Below, one piece after another: positions 45,903 through 60,200 of a stretch of DNA of 64,000 nucleotides. Each line of letters begins with the position of its first letter. The first letter of the stretch is position 1. The stretch is taken from the NCBI GenBank assembly GCA_040954595.2, contig CM082587.2, positions 7,553,705 to 7,617,704 on the forward strand, given 5' to 3'. The stretch comes from Balanoglossus misakiensis. Lineage: Eukaryota; Animalia; Hemichordata. Below the pieces are notes generated by a model that worked only from the letters and a program-made list of their open reading frames with translations, was not told the origin of the DNA and did no database searches. The translations under genes were made by a program, and so were the position numbers.

Positions 45903-47384
45903 CTCTTACTCTCGTCTTCAGAGGGCGCTGCGCGAGAATTTTCCGTTGTTTTGAATATGAACCAAATAGGAATGCAAATTTTTGGCCCAATTTTTGAGTA
46001 CCCTCAGCTGACCTTTGAAGTACTTACTGAAGTACTTACATAAGGTAGAAGTTCACTTTTGGTTGTTGTGTTTGTACTTATAGGACATCCATTTCGGGTG
46101 GTTGCCTACTTCCCCATATCTCCACATCCAGAGCAAATACAGCCTACGCATTTGAATGGTACAACCCTGAATGGAGTCTAATGGTTATTATCGCTATGCT
46201 TGGGCCCCTTCAATGCTGCTTGCAGCTTTAATTTTCAGTATGTTTACAATAGGGACATCTTCAAGAGATTCACAACTCCATTAAGTAGTAGTAGACAGCT
46301 CCAGCAAACTTTATTTTCATAGGAACAATTGTTGTAAGCCAAACAAATCTGCATGTGTCGTCAAGTTTAGAGGCTGCCACTAATAAGCTCATGTAATTGG
46401 TGGCAATATTGACATACATCTGCACATAATGGCAGCCGAATATTAAATTATGGCAGTTGAATTGAAACACCGGAAAACAAACAATGGCCTTTATTTTGAC
46501 CTTGGCGTGTTAACACATGTCTACTGAACCGTATGCATTGCTTTGAAAATTAAAGATGAAATGAAAAGTGAAAATAAAATTGTTAAGAAGTGATTTTCAC
46601 TTTTAAATAATGCACTGGAAGGCACAAGCAAAATAACTGCGACAGAAAAATTGTTTAAGTGTAATTTTTTCTGCAAAAATACACTCTTCCAAAGTTGAGT
46701 CATATTTTCCTGTGTTCAATTCCACATTCACTCCATTCCTACTCTGATTCAAAATGATTATGTAACCGCTATATTGTTCGCCAAGCTCTGTGTGAAGACA
46801 TTATTCATGCATAGCGCTAGCCTATATGATCCTTTGACAACGCGTGAATTGTATTATATTGTATATAAACATGTGTTATTTGAATGCTAAGATTGACGTG
46901 TATTGTTTGGCTAAATCACAGGCGCCCCCAGAACAGGTTTTAACACGTTTTCAAACATCCTGCCTATTTAATGCAAGGAAAATAGAAACCGCTCCCACTT
47001 AGTAAAAGTCATTCGTTTCATGACATTGCCAGGATCACACGTATGGCGCGGATGTTGGCACTACGGTAAGGCAAAACAAATAATTATTGTGCTGTTCCGA
47101 TTACATGGTTTTCAAAAATAGGGTAGATAGGGACATTTTTAGGTCCCATAGGTATATATACCATGGGACCTTATGGGATCGGTTGCATCTGTTGTATGGA
47201 TGTATGTTTCTGTAAGTCCCTCCACATCAAAAACTTGCCGGGCTGTACGGTAGATGGGAGTTTGTTCAAATGATCAGACCACCGCATAACATAAATGGCA
47301 CACGGAGAGGGTTTGAAAGACAGTTTAAAAGAGATTTCTTCTCTGTATAATTAAGCACGGAATATCTTCTGTTACAGTGGAACA

Positions 47385-50300
47385 ATGAGTAGTTATAAAA
47401 AAGATGAATTATCTGAAATAATGGCGCTGCCAGAGTATGATTTCACCGACGAGCTTGTGTTCTATGTGAATGGTAAAAAGGTAAGATCTATACCAAGTCA
47501 TTTACTAGATTTAAATCTTGAGATATTCCGGTGTTTCCATATAAACCTGGCATTCATGTATATATGTAATCATTTCATTGCAAAAAATATTGTGGTATTT
47601 GCCCGGAAGTCACAACTATTTAACTTATACACTGACGAATGATGTAACGGCCGATTGTGGATATGCAAATTATACGTGGTTATGTTGCTGTCGAGCCAAT
47701 CCTTTTGTATTCTGCCACGCCTGATTCTTGCATATGCAATCCTATAAAGCGTCCTCTTCGAACAAACGCAGTATAATAATGCACTGGAAGGGTCTATTTG
47801 TCCCACTTTAATGATTTGCATATGTTTTATTCTAAAGATCGTCGACAGGAATATTGACCCTGAGTTGACCTTGGTGGCGTACTTGCGAGAAACCTGTATC
47901 CACACAATTGATTCTGTTCGGACACAGTCCCTGTATTACACCCAAACAGGGAAAGCACATCACGTGACGGTTACAAAACACCATCCCATTTCTTTTTTAT
48001 TGTTGATAGCGAGTGAAGCCAGGTCTTGTTTTCTGGACGATGTTTATAGGCTTCGATGATTGTTTATTAGATTCGTATTAATATTGGGGTCATTGGGCTT
48101 AGAAGTCTGTCATCCAGTTGCTATCATTCCCTCCCCGCCTACAACTACCATAGGTGAAAATAGATAACACATTATTAATAAGATTTATCACAAGAATTCA
48201 CTACTAGCAGACAATATTGTACCACTTGCAAACTTATTTCTTATCCTCCATGTGGCACTCATTTATACAAAAATGTTAATTTTATTCAAAAATAAACATT
48301 CAACGACCTACTTCTTGGTGTTTGAGAACAACATTTAATTTTTTTTATAATTTTGGTAATACTAAAACAAAAATTTAAAAGGTTTAATGCCATTTTGTGG
48401 ACTAGATGCACAAGACCAAATCGTGATATGTTTTCCCATGTGTTTTCTCGGGGGAGGTAAACCCCTAGCAGCTCATGGTCTATGATCTTCTGAAAAATGC
48501 TGGCCTCTGAGGTGTGTAGTTCCTCAAAGCGGGCTTGTTCGACACTTCAATGCTATAAAGCTTTTTCCTTAATTAAAACCAAAGTATGTTTAAAAGGAAC
48601 AAAATTATCGTGCGGAGAAGGTTCATGTGGAGCGTGTACAGTGATGATTTCGACTTTTGATCCCGGGTCTTCGAAGATAAGGTCGGTATATACATAGTCC
48701 TGTAGTGTACGGGTGGAACGGTGCGGGTGTACAGATTAACCTTTTCTCGTGACTTAGTTGCGTATATGCAACCTGTTTTGATCGATTTACTTCCGTCACA
48801 TCAAAATATACAATGAAGAAAACTGACATTGCACAGTTGCGATCATGGAGGTCGTGGGATCGTACCATTGTAGTTGATTTACATGTTCGATACGTTTACA
48901 TAAGGCTTATATTTTTCTGTTGGTGTTTCTGTATATTCAGTCACTGCTGTGTCACGGCCTGCATGGTACCAATTTGTTCAGTACATGGCAAGGCCATTAC
49001 TACAATCGAAGGTGTTGGCAGCGTCGCCGATAAGCTTCACCCTATACAGGTCAGTATCATCACAAAGAGTGCCTGCCTGCCCGCCTGCCTGCGCTAGTAA
49101 AAGTCATTGCATGTGAGAGTAGTAATAGATACTTCCTGTTTCCTGTTGACGGTTTTTGTCAAATTCTTGGTCTGGTCATATTTTAATGTGTGTATATAAC
49201 ATTACCATACAATGAATACATAAAATTGCATAACGTAACCTTTCCTTTATGTTCAATATAGGAACAACTCATCAAAAGCCATGGGCTACAGTGTGGCTTT
49301 TGTACCCCAGGCATGGTGATGAACATGTACACGTTGCTACGCAACAATCCTTTACCAACGAAGGAAGAAATAGACTATGCTTTGAGTGGCATGATCTGTC
49401 GATGTACTGGATACAGGCCGATATTACAGGGAATGTACACCTTTTCACAGGTAGAGACCACAATTGAACCATGTTACACACTTCGAAACCATGCACTCAG
49501 ATACGAACTTTCACGACATATGAAATATTACATCTGTAGAAACAAAAAGTTACACCAGTGCAAGAATAAACTATATAACGGTTGGTTAAAGAATCATACT
49601 ATTCTAATGAGTTACACAGTTTACATCGCACTCTCTTCTTTTAAAAAACTTGTTTATTCTACGGTAGGATTCTTGTTGCAAGAAAAACGACGGAGTAGGG
49701 TGTTGTCGTTCTAATGGTGCAGTCTGTGAAGAGACTGTTGACACGGATGAAAATGATAAACCAATGAAAAGTGTGACCCAGGAATTCATATTTCCTCCAG
49801 AGCTGCTCGTAAGTGATGTGCCATCGATAGCTAGTTATTTATATCCGGGGAGACTGAGTATGAATTTAATTTAAAGGAACACAGTCACCTCTTATTTACA
49901 CGTGTAAAAGTCTAGGGATGACCATGTGGTGGCACACGTTTTCTGTCCCGTGTCGGTCAGCCTAGCATGCTCGGAGATTTTTCCCTGGGATTGTCCCAGA
50001 CTCTCTGTGAGCGCTCAGAAGAGATCCCACAAGTGCCGGCTGGGTAACCGAGACTAGGTAACAGCTAAATGTGCATATGTGACTCCAAAATGAATTGACT
50101 TATAATGTCTTTGCCGGAAAGATTCGCCTACTGACAAACGCCAGAGCCCGCAACTGAAATAGGGCCGAATACACTGATCAGGATTGAATATAAATTCATA
50201 TTCTCTTATTTCGCAGACTAACCAAGAATTGCAAACTGGCACCTTTATGTGTAGAGGTCCCCGTGTCTTGTGGATTAAACCGACATCGCTGTGTCAAGCA

Positions 50301-51177
50301 TTGGAAATTAAACAGCTGAAACCAAACGTGAAGCTGGTTGCGGGAAACAATGACATAGGTATGCATTAGTCATCACACTGACAAATCTTATCAACGAGGA
50401 CTTACACATTCAATGTTGCCGGTTGAAACTAGAGACTAATTATTTTGGACCTGGGATGGACAAAACAATTATGCGTATACTACCTCAACCTCATAAATAC
50501 ATATTTTTAGCTTAAAATTGTATTTCCCATGGGGATCCATACGCAATGTGCACGTGCTTCATCGTGACCGATTAATTGCAGGGTTGAACGTGCTGCTGCA
50601 AAAGTCGAGCCATGCCATCATGATGTCGGTGTCTGACATTCATGAACTCCGAAAGATTGACGTTGGGGAAGACGATGTCAGTGTTGGTAGTGCGGTTCCC
50701 ATGTCTGAAGTTATCAACACCTTTGACACACTGATATCTGAACTTCCAGGTAAATGTGACCACATTTTTATCTACAATTAACCAGAAACGGGATAAATGT
50801 GCTCCCCCAGTTTTGATACAAGCACCCTTAAATTATATGTTGCCCCTTTATAGTAAAAAGGATGTCTGAAAGTTTTTGAATATCCCTTTGGTTGTGCGCT
50901 CATTCACTCAATCACTCACCTACCAACAGAACAATCACACACACCTTGCTTATCTCTGCCATTAAATGACATTACTATCGACGTGCTGCACATGTGTCCC
51001 AGCTTTGACAACATTTGATGAAGAAATACTTCTTTTTTTACAGCATTGAAGACTCGTGTTCTAAAAGAGTTGAAACAGACGATACTATGTGTTGGTGGAC
51101 CACAAACAAGAAACACTGCTGTAATTTTATTATATATCCATCTATTCATCAATCCATCTATCTATACCCATCCATCC

Positions 51178-51208
<31 letters not shown>

Positions 51209-54200
51209 TGTATGTATGTATGTATGTATGTATGTATGTATGTATGTATGTATGTATGTATGTATGTATGTATGTATGTATGTATGTATGTATGTATGTA
51301 TGTATGTATGTATGTATGTATGTATGTATGTATGTATGTATGTATGTATGTATGTATGTATGTATGTATGTATGTATGTATGTATGTATGTATGTATGTA
51401 TCTATGTATCTATGTATGTATGTATGTGTGTGTATGTAGGTGTGCATGTGTGTGTATGTATGTATGTATGTATGTATGTATGTATGTATGTACATGTATG
51501 TATGTATGTATGTATGTATGTATGTATGTATGTATGTATGTATGTATGTATGTATGTATGTATGTATGTATGTATGTATGTATGTATGTAGAATAGAAAC
51601 ATTAATTATCACTTTTAACGCCTTTTAGACACTCGGGGGGCACCTTGTTGCAGCTCTGGTGACCTCTGATATTATCCCACCACTCATCGCTGCTGGTTGT
51701 GAAGCAGTACTTGTTGGAAACAAAGGTAAAACTATTCAGCAGCAGTAAATTCCATAATATGAATATTAGTTCGAAAACGCTACATGGCCAGGTTTTTGAG
51801 TTCACAAATCCAACATGTCATAGAAATACAAGTTTTTGATATAATAGACTACCCGTTTATTTTCATTTTAATATAAACATTAACAGGTGCTTCAAGGAGG
51901 ACTATTGCAGCACAAGAATTGTGTTTACCCGAGAGAAAGGTAGCTGTTCGTACCGACGAAATTGTGCAGTCCATCGTAATTCCCCTCACAAAACCAGTAA
52001 GTTGTTGACACCGATTGACACACGGTGGAGGACATATTCATGTAGTGGGATCATTATGTGCGCCATATATTGTAGCGTACTATACACATACACACATATA
52101 CCCCGTGTAGCATAAATTGGGAAGCGCAGTGTACCTGTCCACCTTCACACTTACTTGTTGATGTAAGAGTTGAAGACGTTTTGGAACTTGGTATCGCATT
52201 CATGATTCACCACCCCACGCACACACATTCACTATTATATCTAAACTGCGACCATCAAGCATTGTGTCATGTTTTTGCCATCTCATATGTGATATACGTA
52301 AACAATTTATACCGAAGTTTTCTGTAGTTTTCTATGCTACATACAAGCTAGCGCTGGCTGTTCTGGAATATTTGATAGCCTTTTTTTTTTACTTTTGTCA
52401 TACATTTTTCTTGTTACGTTTATTCTTATTCGAAGAACACTGTTCATGCATTATTTTAACACTGATTCTCGATAGGACGAATATTTTGGGTCATATCATA
52501 CCCGCACTCCACACAGAAGGGACAATGAACTCGACGTTGTCAGTGCAGGCATGAGGGTTCGCCTCAACCGTAGTGCGACTGCATGTACCGTTGATGACCT
52601 ACATGTTCGTTATGGTGGGATTGGATTGCTCGCATCGAAAAGAATCCAGGATGATGTACAGGTTTTGAAGAAAAGGTTGTTCAAACTAGTTTATATCGAT
52701 TCATATGTGTTCTGTTATCTGTGACCACGTTTTAGTCGATTTTGTTTATTTTCTTCATTTGTTGATAAGCGAAGTACTAGTAGCAAGATCTCGCGAGGCT
52801 TGTTTGATTTTCGTCATTATGGGTTATTCAAGCATTGTATGATACTAGAATAGTTGCAATTCATCAAACCTGTAACTTTTGTGCCACGACGGGCCATGAG
52901 TTGTGTTTTTTTGTTTCACATACGATTTCGCCAAGTTCGGAAAATGCTCTATTCAGATCAAATTCACTGTACTCATGACGCCAGTTTTAAAATGTTTTTG
53001 TTACGCATTTACCATTTCACTTAACCATTAACTGGCATACATTGTACAAGTAGCTGTTTTATAACATTTGTATGAAAATGGATGGTTTGAACTGCCTGTA
53101 ATGATATGTAAATATATTTTATCTCTATTAAGAATGTGGGACGAAGCAATTATTGAAGAAATCTTCAAAATTATACACAAGCACTCCAACGTTATAATAA
53201 CATCAAGCGAAGTGACGCGTGATGATGCCAGCATGAGTGAATCGAAAGAGTTTAAAATGATGACCATGAAGAACTTTTTCTTCAAGTTCTTTTACATGGT
53301 CAGAAAAGAGACGGGCCAGGAAATGATAGATACTGACGGACGAATGAGCTTATGTCCTACCCAAGCAATTAAAGGAACTCAAATTTGGCAGGTACAAACT
53401 GACTATTGGTTTTGTGTAAATTGTTACAAAATTTTCGTATGACCTTATCTTCACTTAAAGACCAGGACTGTTAACTCTTTTCAGCTCACTGAACACCAAT
53501 TTTTGGTTTTAGAAAGTCAAATATCTTTCTTTCGGGGATTTGAAACTGAATATGGAAAACTGAATATCGCCAAATGTGTATTTTGGCGGCATCACCATAC
53601 ATGGTAATAGATAGATGTGCTTATAGCATGTTTGAAAATATTAAAGCATCGTTGTGAACGACTGCAAGATGATACAGTAACTTTAAATGAAGAACACGAC
53701 GACCTAAAAGGAAACCTTGGTCATTGCAGTAATTAACACGTTGTGCACATAAAATGACAATGAAGTTGTTCCATTGCTTTAAATGAATTAATCATAAAAC
53801 TGTATCTTCTGGGAGTACTGAAACTGACGTCAGACAAAAATCCAATATGAATTACGTCATTTTGCAGAGTAATACACTGGGTGCAGTCGGAGAACCAATC
53901 GTGAATTCAGAATCTTGGGAGCTTACATCTGGCGAGTTAATGTTTCAGGATGACATACCAAGAAGGGAAGGTAATCACACAAGCTCTTAATAGTTAACAC
54001 GTCGTGTACAAAAAAGAACCCCTCACACCAAGGACATGTAATAACTCCAATTTAGTTGAATGTCGTTTTATTTTTATTTTTTTTTTTATTTTTTTTTGGG
54101 GGGGGTTACTGCAGGCGCCAACACATGGCACAAAATTGGCTTCTGTGTTTGATACGTCAACGTATAAGAAATCTAGGCACCCTTATCAAAAAAATAACAA

Positions 54201-57200
54201 GCAAAAACTCCACCATTCCCTGCACGAGGGTTGAAAAATTGATTGTTTAATTTTTGACTTGACGCTAGATTTTGTAAATCTTTATTTGCATGATTATTCA
54301 TCAGATGAGCTGTTTATGGCCCTGTTGACAAGTAGTCGACCACACGCCAAGATAAGGTAAATACCGCTGTTTTTTTTTTTTTTTTTTTTTTTTTTTGAAA
54401 TGGTCCCACCACAATTAGACTCCCACAATCGCTTATTTGGTGGATGTTCCTTTATTTAGTATTGTATTTTTGCTAGACATCGACCAATGTATAATTCAAA
54501 ATTGCCGCCAATCTCTGTGTTAACTCTATGGAAAAAATGAAAATAATGATTTGTATGAAAACAGGATACAGAACACCGTGTGTTCTTGTTTTCAAAAAGA
54601 CACCGGACCCAGAGGAGCATTATTATCTTAAAATCTGTCCTCTAGGTGCATACACCTCAGGGGATTTATGTGATAAATGTTAAACCAGTATCTTATGTTT
54701 GTAGATCAGTGAACACCGCTGCAGCGTTGGCAATGGACGGAGTGGTTGCGTATGTTGATGTACATGCAATCACTGGACAGAATTACAACAGGATTACTAA
54801 AGAAAAGATTTTTGCTGAAGATGAGGTATGCCAAAGGACAAACCTAGTTTACTTTCTATGCTTCTGTACTTGAAAGCGTTAATCATTTAAAATAGTACGA
54901 CCGTTCATTTTGCTGAAAGAGAGGTTCCGAGCAGGTTGCCCTTTTGTCAAAAGTTTTCAAGTCAAGAGCCGTTATTCAGACCTGTCTGCAGGACCTATTG
55001 CTTTCAAGTAAAATGATGATGAACATATGCATATATACATACATGTGCACATCAACTTGAGAAATGGATAAGATCTGTACTTGTTGCAGTTTTCTAATGG
55101 TCCATTCTCACTCACAGGTAAAATACGTCGGTGAGGTTATCGGTGGTATATTAGCTACGAGCCAGCGGATTGCCAGACGTGCTGTGAAGTGCATAGAGGT
55201 GGCATACGAAGATCTTGAGGCCGTACTCACCATTGAGGTATGCTTCAAATGTGTATTTTCATCAGGTGGTGAAGGAATTTGATTAGATTATTTCATTTAT
55301 AACCAATACATCCTGTAGCACAATGCCTATCAGAAACATATCAGCATTTTGTTTTGGAATTTATTTATGTGTGTGGTCTGTTGCGCAAACTAATACCACA
55401 ACGTTTGTTTACAAAGTCGGTTATTATTCTGAAATTATTTTGGGGCTGCTGACTATAATTTTTTGTAAACTATGTTTTAATATTTCCAAGGACGCTGTTC
55501 AACATGGATTATTTTTTGATGACACTGTCAACCGTAAATTGGGTGATCCTGACAGAGGCTTCGATGAGTCAGACCACATTTTTGAAGGAGAGTTTCGAAT
55601 TGGCGGACAGGAGCATTACTATACGGAGCCAATTTGTATACGAGCTATTCCTGGCGTCGGTTGCAAAATAATGGAAATTTTCGCAACCTCCCATGGTCTG
55701 CTTGCACTGCAGGTAAATTGAATCTTCTTATTAAAGGTTACAGACATAATAATATGTTGTATCTAAACAATCTGCAGCCATATATGAGAAAATGCCAGTC
55801 GTTTTCGAGATATTGGTGAGACCGACAGACAGAGGCAGACACGCACAAACAGAGATAATAATGATATAAACCGCCGTGTGTATTATGGACTCAAATGGAA
55901 AAAAAAATATCCAACAAATACAACATCATGTCACAATATAAACAAGTCTATATATCTCAGGTTATCCCAAGGGACTCGTATGATAAATGACAGATCAATA
56001 ATGACACAATCGCTTTCTCTAAAGATAGATTTTAAGAAAGGTTTTTCCACCAAATTTTCAAGAAATTACCTTAAAATACACTATTTAATTTTGAGCCTCA
56101 GATTTCAACAAGTCAAACGTGGATCGTTCATAACACCAGAATTCTAAACAATAAGACTGACAGTTGTGAGATAAAAATATCTACATGTAAAATTTTAAAG
56201 TAATAGAACAAACACATTTTGAGAATAAGTTAACGTAGTAAGATTAACCCCTAGAGACATGAATCCTCGGCATTTCAAAATAGTCGGACAGGCGTATTCT
56301 GTTTTTACCAAAACCTTCAAATATTCCCTCAAATACAGTGCAGATTTTGTCCAAACATGTTTACATTAATCCAAGTAACTTGCATTTGGTATGTCAAAAG
56401 TAGAAGAAACCATGCAATTAGTGACTGTAACTACCTGACTGTTATGATTAACGAATTCCATACGATGACAGATTGCTGATGGATGCGATCAGAATGATAT
56501 GAAAAGCTCCACTTTCAAATTGCGATTTCAAGAAAAGTTGATGTTCTGATTGTTGTAATATGGCTCGCTACTCTTCTAGGAAGTAGTTTCTGATGTCATT
56601 GGTGTGGACTGTAATAAGGTCGCCTGTAGCACTCTTCGACTCGGTTGTTCTTTTGGCGGTAAGGATGTCCGTCCTACCCAGTATGGAGCAATTTGTGCGG
56701 CTGCAGCAAACAAGTAAGTGAGGCAAACTTCATGCTGTCACACTGGTTTCTCTGTGCATGTTCATTGTGTCTGGTAGACGATGACGCATTTAACAGTGCC
56801 TTCTTAAAACCTCCAAATTATTTACATATTTTACTTCTAACCAATTAAAAATCCTGATTTTCAATCTACCAATCGGAACACAGACCTCGGCCTGATCCCT
56901 CGGCATAGTGTACCAACCCTTAATTCGACCAAAATTAGCCATGGTGTATACTTCAACCAAGTTAGGTGGACTTAAAACAAGAGATTAGGGAGTCGTTGCC
57001 ATGGGCACATGGATTCCTCCTCACTGCTCCTCATTTACTGGGTTAGGGGTTTAGGGTTCACATGCTCCTCCTCGCTACTCACCCCAGAAATCTGAATGAT
57101 ATGAATCCAATCATGAGTGAGGAAAATGGGGACAAGTTGACCTATCACGTCAAGGTTGTATCCACATTGGCCTTCGCCATTGTGGCCAATATGGATGCGC

Positions 57201-60200
57201 GAGTGTGTACCCCCTAAGTAGGTTATGTTACAGATCACAGGGTATATATATGAATCAGGAATAAGGTCGCTTGTTACGTAGCAACTGAATTCGGAGGCCC
57301 GTTGCAAGAGATCATAAAGCTGGGGATTTTATTAAATTTATCGATATCAGTTTTCTCAAATTATCTCTGTACATACGGGTATAGGCCCCCATATGACAAA
57401 AATCAACATTATTAATTCGATTTGAATTCTCTGTTTTCAAAGAGTGAAGAAACCGGTTCGGTTGGTGTTAGAAAGAGATGAAGACATGAAAATTACCGGC
57501 AAGAGGATGGCAGTTTTAGCCAAGTACAGAGCCGGCTTTGCAGGAGACGACGGTTTGAAGGCGCTCGATATTAAGATCTATTTCGAAGGAGGATACTACG
57601 AGGACTACCAATGCATTGTAAGCGTCTCTTCGTTTAGACAATTAGGTTCCCATGTTCACATACAGAAGCCTTCACCCCTGTATGTATGTATGTATGTATG
57701 TATGTATGTATGTATGTATGTATGTATGTATGTATGTATGTATGTATGTATGTATGTATGTATGTATGTATGTATGTATGTATGTATGTATGTATGTATG
57801 TATGTATGTATGTATGTATGTATGTATGTATGTATGTATGTATGTATGTATGTATGTATGTATGTATGTATGTATGTATGTATGTATGTATGTATGTATG
57901 TATGTATGTATGTATGTATGTATGTATGTATGTATGTATGTATGTATGTATGTATGTATGTATGTATGTATGTATGTATGTATGTATGTATGTATGTATG
58001 TATGTATGTATGTATGTATGTATGTATGTATGTATGTATGTATGTATGTATGTATGTATGTATGTATGTATGTATGTATGTATGTATGTATGTATGTATG
58101 TATGTATGTATGTATGTATGTATGTATGTATGTATGTATGTATGTATGTATGTATGTATGTATGTATGTATGTATGTATGTATGTATGTATGTATGTATG
58201 TATGTATGTATGTATGTATGTATGTATGTATGTATGTATGTATGTATGTATGTATGTATGTATGTATGTATGTATGTATGTATGTATGTATGTATGTATG
58301 TATGTATGTATGTATGTATGTATGTATGTATGTATGTATGTATGTATGTATGTATGTATGTATGTATGTATGTATGTATGTATGTATGTATGTATGTATG
58401 TATGTATGTATGTATGTATGTATGTATGTATGTATGTATGTATGTATGTATGTATGTATGTATGTATGTATGTATGTATGTATGTATGTATGTATGTATG
58501 TATGTATGTATGTATGTATGTATGTATGTATGTATGTATGTATGTATGTATGTATGTATGTATGTATGTATGTATGTATGTATGTATGTATGTATGTATG
58601 TATGTATGTATGTATGTATGTATGTATGTATGTATGTATGTATGTATGTATGTATGTATGTATGTATGTATGTATGTATGTATGTATGTATGTATGTATG
58701 TATGTATGTATGTATGTATGTATGTATGTATGTATGTATGTATGTATGTATGTATGTATGTATGTATGTATGTATGTATGTATGCATGCATGCATGCATG
58801 CATATGTATGCATGCATATGCATGCATGCATGTATGCATGCATGCATGCATGCATGCATGCATGCATGCATGCATACATATGCATGCATGCATGCATACA
58901 TATGCATGCATGCATGCATACATATGCATGCATGCATGCATGCATGCATGCATACATACATACATACATACATACATACATACATACATACATACATACA
59001 TACATACATACATACTGAAACTTAGCCCAATACTGAATCTCACCCAAAGGCAAACAAATATATGTATGTATGTATGTATGTATACATACTGAAACTTAGC
59101 CCAATACTGAATCTCACCCAAAGGCAAACAAATATATGTATGCATGCATGCATGCATGCATGCATACATACATACATACATACATACATACATACATACA
59201 TACATACATACATACATACATACATACATACATACATACATACATACATACATACATACATACATACATACATACATACATACATACATACATACATACA
59301 TACATACATACATACTGAAACTTAGCCCAATACTGAATCTCACCCAAAGGCAAACAAATATACGAAAGATAGTAAGAGACTGCGAACAACTGAATCATTA
59401 ACACGCCATGTGACTAGTGAGCTGGACTTTAACTAGAAGCTATGTTCTTAATCAAGTGTACGTTAGCTACAACTTTTAAATCTAAAATATCACTATGTAA
59501 AGTACCTAACTGTATTTTCATCTTCTTTTCATTTAATCGGTACCCCTCCCCAAACACACAGATAATGAGATATGCTCTCCCCTTAATGGAAAGAGGATAT
59601 GATATTGAGCATTTTCAGTTTCAAGGAAAGGTATGCAAGACGAATACACCTCCAAACACTGCTTACAGAGGTTTTGGAATACCACAAACAGCCATCATCA
59701 TGGAGAACATTATGTCTGAATTTTCCCTGCGGTATGACAAGAGCCATTCAAAGGTAAACCTGGAATTCTGCTTGTTATTATGTGTCAGGGGAAATACACG
59801 CAATGCGAATCTCACAGGCGAATTATATTAACTGTATGCGGGAAGTGCGGTATTTGACACAGATGCGCATGTAGTATTGCTTTCTCGGTCTTTTATTATT
59901 GCTAAGTGGCAAAAACATTAAATCGGTATGTAAGATGATCTCCAGGTTTCGCGTCGTATGAGTGCTTGCGCGATGTTCTGGCCTTCTGATACCCAACATT
60001 ACATGAAGAAATTTAAGTTTTGAAAGCTCTTACTGGCCACGTTTCTGGAATCGACGAAATATAATGATCTTTGGCATTTCCAGAGTCTCAGACTTTATAC
60101 TAAGCATTAACAAGACTCACAAAATCGATGGACACCCCCCCCCCCCCCTACTTAACTCACCCGATCGACCCAATAAATTGCGGCAAAAAATCACTGTCTT

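Noticed and set aside
42890-46700. Short ORFs and promoter-like motifs (CCAAT, GCCGCCATGTTG) between the GT31 and XDH-like genes
   Set aside because: No recognisable protein motifs or consistent exon chain. It looks like decayed repeats, and no gene can be supported.
57000-57215. Hairpin-rich intronic segment with CCTCCTCGC (HDV-ribozyme-like) and a TTAGGG-like patch
   Set aside because: I could not build the P1/P2/P3 double pseudoknot or find a catalytic C in context, and only about two telomere-like units are present. More likely a repeat fragment.
59015-59362. CRISPR-like repeat-spacer look of the three 48-bp units
   Set aside because: Eukaryotic intron, spacers are microsatellites of unequal length, and there are no cas genes.
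57444-59404. Long 445-569-aa ORFs of MYVC/HTYI repeats (also at 51015-51628)
   Set aside because: These are translations of stop-free (TATG)n microsatellites in introns. Only 57443-57617 is a real exon.
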